Assembly (NCBI GenBank): GCA_016432365.1
Contig: CP066686.1
Location: 128,355 to 192,354 of the forward strand
Direction of reading: 5' to 3'
DNA: 64,000 bases
Source: Candidatus Woesebacteria bacterium
GTDB taxonomy: Bacteria; Patescibacteriota; Microgenomatia; UBA8517
Of the stretch, positions 36,448-44,388 are shown piece by piece. The notes beneath the pieces are model-generated. The model worked only from the letters and a program-made list of their open reading frames with translations. It had not been told where the DNA came from and did not search any database. Positions within the stretch are counted from its first letter, which is position 1. Every line of letters starts with the position of its first letter. Made by a program: the position numbers and the translations under genes.

Positions 36448-38268
36448 TTACAGTTTTTCTATATTAAACAAGCTTGACTTAAGTCCTATATATCCTGGTG
36501 CCCTAAGATTGAATGCCTCTTTAAATTTAGTCCCGTTTATCGTTATTGACCCTTTGTTGGTAGAAAAAGTAAGGCTTTGTGTCGATCCGTCATTTCCATA
36601 GACAACTGAAACCCCTGAAACAGAACTGTAACCCCCGATTCCTTGTAATTCTGCCAAGGAATACGGATTGTGTCCATTTCCCAAACAGTCTACGGGCCAT
36701 ATTCTACCAATATCTCCATTTCCATCCAAAACGTATCGAGCATTTAAAATATCTGCCATTTCTTCTGATTTCAGCCATGGATTGTTTCTATTACAGCTTT
36801 TTCCGCTTCGATCTTTATACCAACCTTTGTAGAACCATGGTGATCCGCCCGCAATTTCATAAGCATTATTTGGCCAACCACCCTGGCCATTTGATGTATC
36901 CCATAAATTTGGTGTCGTGTAGCCACCACTAGAATAACTGAAGGTATATCCACCAGCGGTAGAAGCATACCACGAAGAAAAAGGTTTTCCTCCCGTCACA
37001 AGCACCCACCCAGACGTGTCGTTTACGGCGGTCTCCCAATTACCACCTTTGTTTGTGCTTTTATAAACTTGGCAATCCTCACTTGGGCATATTTCGCCAC
37101 CTCTCGCCAAGGCGTACGACCTTGCCGCCACTGCCTGCGCTCTTAAGGCCGCCATTCCACCACTTCCCCCCCACGATTCTGGAATCTCATAAATTCTTTT
37201 TGTATAAGTCTCAATATTTACCGTCTCATCAATCCATCTACCACCCTTAGAGGCACACTGAGAGAAAGACAAGTTGCCTGAGAGGCTACAACCTTTAATA
37301 TGGATGTTTGCTCCTGTTCCGTAACTTTTATTTATTTCTATTCCACCATAATAGGCGTGCAAAATATCTTCTGCTGATTGCCCACTCTTTGCTCTCCCAT
37401 AAGCACCATATTGACTCATGCCTTTTCTGTGCGGTGCACCATATGAAAAAGCGGCAAATGCTGGTCTAAAAGGAGGGTCACAAAAATTACTCGATCCAGG
37501 TTTTCCGGAACAAGGTTCAGCAGAAGCTGGGACATCACCTATCGATGTAGAGAACCCTCCCGCTTTGGCAGCAGCTAATTCATTTTGTTTGGCAGAAAGG
37601 GAACTAAGGTAGCTCTCCACTTTTGCCACCTCCCCCGCCAAAAATTTTTGCTTTTCGGCAACCTGCGCTTGAAGTGAGGATAAATTTGCTTTATTTTTTT
37701 CTAAACTCTGCTTGTCAGTTTTAAGTTTGGATAGATCAGTTCCATACTGCTCCATCGTCTTTCTGTCTTCATCTGCCGCCTTTTGCCGAAAACTAATTTC
37801 TTGGAACGCTTGCGAGGCGCTATCAGAGAAAATAAAAGGGGTGATTGGATCGTACAAACGCATGAAGGTGTAGTGATTTTTGGCTTTTCCTTCAAATATT
37901 TCTTTTGTATAAGCCAAATCTTCCTCCCTTTTATCGATTTGTTTGGCAAGATTCACAAGTTGTTTTCCCAAATTTGAAATTTTGGCATTGAGGTCTGCTA
38001 TCTGTTTGTTTAGGGATGCCAGATCTGCCTTGTTCTTTTCCTGGGCGGGAGAAAGGGCGTTTATTTCTCTTTGAATTTGGGAGATTTGACAATCGTAATC
38101 TGAGGCGGGACACTCCTGAGCCTTGACAAAAGTGAAGGCTGAAAACAAAATTACAAGCACGAATATCGAAACTCGAAACAAATTCCAAATCTTAAATTTT
38201 AAATTTAAAACATTTGGATTTTGATATAGTTTAAAATTTCGGATTTCGAATTTCGAATTTAAAAGCAT
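36448..38268 (-). CDS. SpoIID/LytB-domain protein with N-terminal TM and long coiled coil
   Basis: GMSQYGAYGRAKSGQSAEDILHAYYGGIEI SpoIID/LytB motif; the N-terminus is rich in heptad-like repeats (LASLNKQIADLNAKISNLGKQLVNLAKQI). Confidence 0.6.
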   Translation of the reverse strand: MLLNSKFEIRNFKLYQNPNVLNLKFKIWNLFRVSIFVLVILFSAFTFVKAQECPASDYDCQISQIQREINALSPAQEKNKADLASLNKQIADLNAKISNLGKQLVNLAKQIDKREEDLAYTKEIFEGKAKNHYTFMRLYDPITPFIFSDSASQAFQEISFRQKAADEDRKTMEQYGTDLSKLKTDKQSLEKNKANLSSLQAQVAEKQKFLAGEVAKVESYLSSLSAKQNELAAAKAGGFSTSIGDVPASAEPCSGKPGSSNFCDPPFRPAFAAFSYGAPHRKGMSQYGAYGRAKSGQSAEDILHAYYGGIEINKSYGTGANIHIKGCSLSGNLSFSQCASKGGRWIDETVNIETYTKRIYEIPESWGGSGGMAALRAQAVAARSYALARGGEICPSEDCQVYKSTNKGGNWETAVNDTSGWVLVTGGKPFSSWYASTAGGYTFSYSSGGYTTPNLWDTSNGQGGWPNNAYEIAGGSPWFYKGWYKDRSGKSCNRNNPWLKSEEMADILNARYVLDGNGDIGRIWPVDCLGNGHNPYSLAELQGIGGYSSVSGVSVVYGNDGSTQSLTFSTNKGSITINGTKFKEAFNLRAPGYIGLKSSLFNIEKL

Positions 38269-38311
38269 CGCCTTTCATTATACCAGCCAAAAATGGTAAA
38301 ATATCTTTAGG

Positions 38312-38725
38312 ATGAAAAAGAAATTACTTATGGCTGCATTTGGGATGACGCTACTCCTGCAAACGACTATCTCCACCAAGGTTGTTTTTGCAGACGCTCT
38401 CGGAACCGCCAAATGCGGAGCCGATGAAATTGATACCGCAATCGGATGTCTAAATGTTCTGGGAAGCCAGGAACAATTTTTTGGAAGCCTTCTTAAGTGG
38501 GCCGTGGGGGTAGGTGGTGGAATTGCGTTCCTTTTGATTGTCTATGCCGGATTTATGGTAATGACATCAGCCGGTGACCCGGAGCGCCTTAAGGCAGGGC
38601 AGGAGCTTTTAACCAGCGCTATTTCAGGTTTGATTTTACTCATTTTTTCGATATTTATACTCAAATTCATAGGAGTTGATATACTAGGACTATGTACGTT
38701 TGGTTTTGGAACTTGCAGCCCTTAA
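38312..38725 (+). CDS. pilin-like two-TM protein, paralog 1 (VirB2/TrbC-like candidate)
   Basis: Signal peptide plus TM1-MTSAGDPERLKAGQELLTSAISGLILLIF-TM2; first gene of an 8-gene overlapping array. Confidence 0.55.
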   Translation: MKKKLLMAAFGMTLLLQTTISTKVVFADALGTAKCGADEIDTAIGCLNVLGSQEQFFGSLLKWAVGVGGGIAFLLIVYAGFMVMTSAGDPERLKAGQELLTSAISGLILLIFSIFILKFIGVDILGLCTFGFGTCSP

Positions 38726-38729
38726 ATAT

Positions 38730-39047
38730 ATGCCACTTAACCTTAATGGAGTACAAACTTTAGCCGGAATTCCACTTGAACAATTTGGAATTACGTCCAT
38801 GGGAACTTTAATTTCAAAAATCCTACCTTTTGTCTTTGGTGCTGCCGGAATTGCCCTCCTAATTTATCTTGTTATGGGCGGGTTCCAAATGATGACATCA
38901 CGCGGAGACCCCAAAGCCATGCAAGGGGCACAAGGCAAAATTACCAACGCTCTATTAGGTTTTGTCATTATCGCTGTCGCTTATTTATTTGTTAAGATAA
39001 TCGGACAGGTTTTTGGTATTACGGCATTTTCAGGTATCTTTATCTAA
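38730..39047 (+). CDS. pilin-like two-TM protein, paralog 2
   Basis: …MGGFQMMTSRGDPKAMQGAQGKITNALLGFVIIAVAY…. Confidence 0.55.
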   Translation: MPLNLNGVQTLAGIPLEQFGITSMGTLISKILPFVFGAAGIALLIYLVMGGFQMMTSRGDPKAMQGAQGKITNALLGFVIIAVAYLFVKIIGQVFGITAFSGIFI

Positions 39048-39344
39048 ATGGACATTAATTCTGTATTCAAATCGCCTTTTACGGCCATTACCGACACAGC
39101 TAAGTTGGTAACTTTGTTTTTAAACACCGCGTTTGTCATTTCCGGGCTTATTCTTCTCTTTTTCTTCATCATGGGTGGAATCGGGATGATTTCAAGCGCC
39201 GGACAATCCGATCCCCAAAAAGCCGAACAGGCAAAAAAAACTGTTACTAGCGCCCTAATTGGCTTTATTATTGTATTTGCATCCTATTGGATAGTACAAT
39301 TAGTGGGGAATATCACAAATGTTCCTATTTTACCAAATCAATAA
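39048..39344 (+). CDS. pilin-like two-TM protein, paralog 3
   Basis: …MGGIGMISSAGQSDPQKAEQAKKTVTSALIGFIIVFASY…. Confidence 0.55.
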   Translation: MDINSVFKSPFTAITDTAKLVTLFLNTAFVISGLILLFFFIMGGIGMISSAGQSDPQKAEQAKKTVTSALIGFIIVFASYWIVQLVGNITNVPILPNQ

Positions 39345-39695
39345 ATGACACTTTTATCAGACGCTAACCCTTTTGGATCGATTGCTGCCCCGTCGGCTCT
39401 CTCACAATATGGAACAGACGCAGGTCCTGCAATCGGAGGTCTAATTGAAAGGGTTCTTCAGTTTCTAATTGTCGGTGCCGGAATTTATGCCCTGTTTAAT
39501 TTAGTGCTTGCGGGATACGATTTTATGGCTGCCGGGGACGATGCCAAAAAAGTTGCCGGTGCCTGGGCAAAAATTTACCAGACAATAATTGGTCTTGCCT
39601 TCTCAGCGGGAGCTTTTGTTCTTGCAGCACTATTTGGACAGTTGATATTTGGCAAATGGGACTTTATTCTTAGCCCCTCTATTCCAACACTATGA
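39345..39695 (+). CDS. pilin-like two-TM protein, paralog 4
   Basis: …LAGYDFMAAGDDAKKVAGAWAKIYQTIIGLAFSAGAF…. Confidence 0.5.
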   Translation: MTLLSDANPFGSIAAPSALSQYGTDAGPAIGGLIERVLQFLIVGAGIYALFNLVLAGYDFMAAGDDAKKVAGAWAKIYQTIIGLAFSAGAFVLAALFGQLIFGKWDFILSPSIPTL

Positions 39696-40078
39696 ACAAC
39701 ACTTTAGCGCAAATTAACCTGTTTCCGTCCGGAGGGTTCAAAGGTTTTGGCAAACTAGGCTTAGAGACCGACGCGGCCACAAGTGCCGACAGGGTGTTTA
39801 CAAACTTTATTTCATCCGCGATCGGACTCATTACAATCATTGCCATAATTTGGTTTGTGTTTTTGGTAACTACCGGTTCTTTTGCGTTTATGACCGCTGG
39901 TGGGGATAAACAATCCCTGGAAACTGCAAGGAAAAAGATTATGAACGGCCTTGTTGGTTTAATGGTTTGTATATTCGGAATCTTTGTTGTTAGGTTTATC
40001 GGATATCTTATTGGTATTCCCGACATTTTGAATTTCGTCTCATTATTTTCTTTATTAACCGGCAACAATGTTCCATAA
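39692..40078 (+). CDS. pilin-like two-TM protein, paralog 5
   Basis: …TGSFAFMTAGGDKQSLETARKKIMNGLVGLMVCIFGIF…. Confidence 0.55.
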   Translation: MNNTLAQINLFPSGGFKGFGKLGLETDAATSADRVFTNFISSAIGLITIIAIIWFVFLVTTGSFAFMTAGGDKQSLETARKKIMNGLVGLMVCIFGIFVVRFIGYLIGIPDILNFVSLFSLLTGNNVP

Positions 40079-40445
40079 TTCACAAAACTTACTAGCGGGA
40101 GCTCCTGTAAATGAGGAGATTACAAACCCTGTTTTTGGGCCGGGTTTAAAAGGTGTGTATTCCTCCGGGCCAACCGCATTTCTGTCAACCTTTATCCCCA
40201 ACTTTATTGGTTTGGTATTTGTCATTGGCGTTTTGGTTTTCTTCTTTATGCTTATCTGGGGAGCCGTTCAATGGATTTCCTCCGGTGGTGATAAACAGGG
40301 TCTCGAGGCAGCACGCGGAAGAATTACAAGTGCTGTGATCGGAATTGTTATTCTTTTGGGGGCTTTTGCGGTTATAAATGTTGTAGAGACGTTCTTTGGC
40401 CTAAATATTCTGACTATTGACATTGGTCCCTTGGTAATTCAATAA
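40068..40445 (+). CDS. pilin-like two-TM protein, paralog 6
   Basis: …WGAVQWISSGGDKQGLEAARGRITSAVIGIVILLGAF…. Confidence 0.55.
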   Translation: MFHNSQNLLAGAPVNEEITNPVFGPGLKGVYSSGPTAFLSTFIPNFIGLVFVIGVLVFFFMLIWGAVQWISSGGDKQGLEAARGRITSAVIGIVILLGAFAVINVVETFFGLNILTIDIGPLVIQ

Positions 40446-40453
40446 TATACATA

Positions 40454-40795
40454 ATGACAAATTTATTAGCAGTTACAAGCGATTCGATTAACTTACAACC
40501 ACCCAGCAACACTCAGTTTGCCCAACTTGGGGGCCTTACAATCCCCGGTATCATTTCTGCACTTATCAGGCTCACCGTGGTCGTTGCCGCGATTGTATTC
40601 TTCTTTATTTTGGTGATCGGTGGAATTCGCTGGATCGCATCCGGTGGAGACAAAGCTCAAACAGAAGCAGCCAGGAATCAAATCACAGCGGCTTTGGTCG
40701 GACTTGTCATCGTTTTTGCAGCTTGGGCCATAGTCGCTCTTATCAACACCTTCTTCCATATCGACATCTTCTCCCTTGCAATCCCAACGGTTTAA
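40454..40795 (+). CDS. pilin-like two-TM protein, paralog 7
   Basis: …IGGIRWIASGGDKAQTEAARNQITAALVGLVIVFAAW…. Confidence 0.55.
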   Translation: MTNLLAVTSDSINLQPPSNTQFAQLGGLTIPGIISALIRLTVVVAAIVFFFILVIGGIRWIASGGDKAQTEAARNQITAALVGLVIVFAAWAIVALINTFFHIDIFSLAIPTV

Positions 40796-40839
40796 TCCCG
40801 CTTGCTCAAAGTTATCTACTGGTTTAGAATTGTTATTGT

Positions 40840-41115
40840 ATGAAAATCGCAACGATTGAGGATTTAGGAACTGTTTTTCAAAGTCTTGTTGGGGCGCTTT
40901 TGGGCTTTGCCGGAATTGCCCTCTTTGTGCTTCTTTTAATGGGAGGTTTTAAATATATAACTAGCGGAGGCGACCCCAAAGCCGTAGAGGGTGCGCAAAA
41001 AACACTTACTTACGCAATTGGGGGCTTGATCATAATTTTGATTTCCTATCTTATTCTCGTCTTGATCAAAACCATTACGGGCGTAGATATTACCAATTTC
41101 AAGGTAGTTCAATGA
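40840..41115 (+). CDS. pilin-like two-TM protein, paralog 8
   Basis: …MGGFKYITSGGDPKAVEGAQKTLTYAIGGLIIILISY…. Confidence 0.55.
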   Translation: MKIATIEDLGTVFQSLVGALLGFAGIALFVLLLMGGFKYITSGGDPKAVEGAQKTLTYAIGGLIIILISYLILVLIKTITGVDITNFKVVQ

Positions 41116-41127
41116 CCAAAATGAAAA

Positions 41128-43890
41128 ATGTCAGAACACAAATCTGCACCTCAAATTTTAAAATTTTTTAAATTCCCTTTGCTTGTTTTCGTTTCCTTTT
41201 TGTCATTATTAATTATTAATTCTTCATTATTAATTAAAGTCGCCCGCGCGGCGAACGCCATTCCACCTCCAGGCCGGATTCCCTGCGATCCAACATTGGT
41301 TGCAGACCCGGAATACGCCTCCGATAGACCATATCAAGCCTCCCCCTGCGAGGGTGACGGGGCAACCATAACTTACTGGTGTGGAAACGATGTTGTCGTA
41401 ATGTTGGGAACTTCCAAAACCCCTTATTGTGACAGTGCAAACGGACAACAAACAGTCTGCCCTTGTAACGGCGGGCCAAACTGCGACCACACCGGCAGCA
41501 ATATGCAAACAATTGACATCGATTTAACAAATGTAGAACTTCCGATCTTGGGAAACACCAACGATACAAATAACAGCCAAACCGGAGACACAATTGATGA
41601 CGGTACAAAAGTAAGTAACTATGTTGCCTGGTACTTGGGAGGGGTTGACAACCGAGCTGAATATCCGGGGGATGCGACCACACCTGAAGGCCTTTCAAGG
41701 ATTGTTGACTTCTCCGGCCCAACCAGGAGGCTTCTCCCATCAATTATTCAAGAGGCCACCAGATCTGCAACGGTCGCTTCTGCAAACAATCAAGTGACTT
41801 ATACCGATAGCGAAACAAACCAAACCGTAACCGAAGCCGAGAACCATAATCAAATTGTGGTTTGTGGCAAAGAAGGAAACGGAGGATTTTTCGGTTGGAT
41901 CCTGGATGTTTTAAATCTTGGTAAAACCAATCCAATAGATTGTTACACCGGCGGTGGGTCACCCACCCAAGGAACGGGGTATAGGCTTAACGACTGGCAG
42001 GGCGACCTGTCTTTTTGGAATTCCGGCATTAATGCGATTGTCAGCGGCTTGGCCTCTCTTTTCCCGACCATTCCGGCTAGCGTCATCCAGGAATCCGTTG
42101 GCGATCATTGGAACAGCCGCCTCCCCCCACTTCCCTGGTGTGACAAAGACTGCAAACCTTTTGCAAGCGACGCACTGTATCAAAAGGCTTACAATGAATG
42201 GCAGGGAAAAACTTGTGTGTTGATTCCCGGAATAAATTTAGTTGTCTGCATAGACAACATTTTTGTACCAAACAAATACGCTGATCTTTTTCCGTACATT
42301 CCACTAGCAAAGAATATTGACAAAAAGGGCGCCCACATGATCCTCGACACTCACCTGGACGCACCAAAGGCCACAATTGAGTGCGGATCCCAGGGTTGTT
42401 ACGAAATTATTCATAATCCCCAACTTTACCTTGCTCATTCGGTTGAAAATTATCAGCTTTCAAGCCTACTCAAAAATACATATCTTCCCGGGGAGGCTTC
42501 TGGTAGTGCCGCTGCGACCCTTCCGACTGATGTTGAAAACAACGTAAACTCCGGTTTAAGTGGATGTAGAATTATTCCAAGTAGAAGCAACTCCGGGGAC
42601 GATGCCACATTTGATGAACCAAAAAGCCATATTGAAGTTGACGTAAGCTACATTGCAACAGATTTCCGTTGTACAAATATTCACGAGGTTTGCGACGACC
42701 CACAATGTACAACTACTCACTGGGAAGGAAACTGTTCTTCCGATGTCTATGCAACAATCGCAACAGTATCCAAAACCCCATTTGCCAACGAAATTTGGAA
42801 AAACACAGTGGCAGGAAGTGATTCAATCTTTAGAAGAATTTACCCCAAAACCGGTGTCGGGGCACCAATCCGATGCATTGCCGATAATCCCGCTCAATCC
42901 AAAGCCACATACACCGTTGACCCAAACAGCTCTAAGGAGGTTCAACTTTGGAGGATTATTGAACCTGACAAAAGTGCAGTAACAGGCCCCGGAGGAAACC
43001 AGGGATCTGACGAAATTGAAGCCCAACTTTACTACCCACATTATGGCGGCGTTCTGGATTACTTTCTAAACGGAATCCAACAAGCCTTGCGTCCCAAGGG
43101 ATTTGGCCCGGGACAACCTCAAAACGGACAATATTGTACAAATGTCGCTTGCGGAGAATTGCCGGATTTACCCAAAGCTTCCGGTTCATGTAATTTAGGT
43201 GGCGTCAGTTCCAAAGTGGGAAATATTCCGCAGGGCTTAAAAGATATCGTTTCAGCCGCGGCCCAAACATACAGTGTTCCGCCAGGGCTGATAATAGGAG
43301 TTATGTACGGCGAAGGAGCGTTTAACACAGACGCGAGCGGAAACTACACAAGGTATAACTGGACAGAAGAAAACGTAAAAAACTGGGCTTCGTGTGAGCC
43401 TCTACCTAACTGCTCGGCGAGTGCCGATCCTATAAACAGCGTTGTACCTTTTTACCACACATATTGGGACAAAATCGCCGACGATATTCTTCCCGACTTA
43501 AAGAAAATCGACCCAACCAAAACCCAGGCCGATCCGTGTAATTTACTGGACATTACTTTTGGTCTGGCAAAAGATCTGCACGACAACGCCGGAGGAGCGG
43601 GAATTGCAGGAAATTCGTGTTTTGGAATCACTTTAACAAGCACAATCCCATCGTCGTGCGATTGGAGTGACGATCAATACGAAACGTCAATAAAAGTCTG
43701 GGAAAACGGCGCTGACCCGGCTTGTTATACCAAACCCGGGAGTTGTTTATTGGGAACTGGCGGCGACACATGCCCCTTTGATACCGGTAATACTCCAGCT
43801 CCGGGGTGCGAATCGGCTGGAGCACATTCAACAGACCCCGGGGTAAATAGCCACAATGCGTGTGTGTGGGATGTGTCTCATGGTAATTAA
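41128..43890 (+). CDS. large secreted cysteine-rich protein (920 aa), hypothetical
   Basis: Signal/TM N-terminus; about 40 Cys spread through a low-complexity Asn/Thr/Gly-rich sequence; no confident catalytic motif. Confidence 0.5.
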   Translation: MSEHKSAPQILKFFKFPLLVFVSFLSLLIINSSLLIKVARAANAIPPPGRIPCDPTLVADPEYASDRPYQASPCEGDGATITYWCGNDVVVMLGTSKTPYCDSANGQQTVCPCNGGPNCDHTGSNMQTIDIDLTNVELPILGNTNDTNNSQTGDTIDDGTKVSNYVAWYLGGVDNRAEYPGDATTPEGLSRIVDFSGPTRRLLPSIIQEATRSATVASANNQVTYTDSETNQTVTEAENHNQIVVCGKEGNGGFFGWILDVLNLGKTNPIDCYTGGGSPTQGTGYRLNDWQGDLSFWNSGINAIVSGLASLFPTIPASVIQESVGDHWNSRLPPLPWCDKDCKPFASDALYQKAYNEWQGKTCVLIPGINLVVCIDNIFVPNKYADLFPYIPLAKNIDKKGAHMILDTHLDAPKATIECGSQGCYEIIHNPQLYLAHSVENYQLSSLLKNTYLPGEASGSAAATLPTDVENNVNSGLSGCRIIPSRSNSGDDATFDEPKSHIEVDVSYIATDFRCTNIHEVCDDPQCTTTHWEGNCSSDVYATIATVSKTPFANEIWKNTVAGSDSIFRRIYPKTGVGAPIRCIADNPAQSKATYTVDPNSSKEVQLWRIIEPDKSAVTGPGGNQGSDEIEAQLYYPHYGGVLDYFLNGIQQALRPKGFGPGQPQNGQYCTNVACGELPDLPKASGSCNLGGVSSKVGNIPQGLKDIVSAAAQTYSVPPGLIIGVMYGEGAFNTDASGNYTRYNWTEENVKNWASCEPLPNCSASADPINSVVPFYHTYWDKIADDILPDLKKIDPTKTQADPCNLLDITFGLAKDLHDNAGGAGIAGNSCFGITLTSTIPSSCDWSDDQYETSIKVWENGADPACYTKPGSCLLGTGGDTCPFDTGNTPAPGCESAGAHSTDPGVNSHNACVWDVSHGN

Positions 43891-43945
43891 TAATTAAAAA
43901 GTTAAAAATCAAAAGTCAAAAATACAATTCAAAAATAAAAATTAT

Positions 43946-44302
43946 ATGAATAATCAAAATTATAAAAGCAATTTACAAGACAGGTGTTATAAATTTAGTT
44001 TAGATTTAATTTCCCTACTAGATACACTTCCCAACAAAAGAAGTTCTTGGGCAATTTCTGACCAACTAGTTAGAAGTGGAACGAGTATCGGCGCAAATCT
44101 CGTAGAAGCAACGGCTTCCAGTTCAAGACTGGAGTTTAAAAAGTTCCACGAAATAGCCTTAAAGAGTGCAAACGAATCCAAATACTGGTTGATGCTCTTA
44201 AATGATTCACAAAAAGTTGATACAATTGATTTGTTAAGAGAAGTAACCGAGTTATCAAACATGATAGCTTCTGGTATACTGAAACTTAAAGGTAAAATAT
44301 AA
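43946..44302 (+). CDS. four-helix-bundle protein (23S rRNA intervening-sequence protein family)
   Basis: VRSGTSIGANLVEATASSSRLEFKKFHEIALKSANESKYWLMLL fits the family motif (RS..SI.aNiaEg…F…ia.gS..E…W). Confidence 0.65.
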   Translation: MNNQNYKSNLQDRCYKFSLDLISLLDTLPNKRSSWAISDQLVRSGTSIGANLVEATASSSRLEFKKFHEIALKSANESKYWLMLLNDSQKVDTIDLLREVTELSNMIASGILKLKGKI

Positions 44303-44388
44303 ATCAAAAATTAGGAGTATAAAGTTATTTGATTTTAAGTTTTTACTTGTATTTTTGGTTTTTGCCTTTTAAATTTTAACTTAATCTA

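Noticed and set aside
41234-41743. 169 aa and 92 aa minus-strand ORFs inside the 920 aa Cys-rich gene
   Set aside because: Arg/Cys-rich antisense translations with no start context. The + strand gene has a signal peptide and continuous coding potential.
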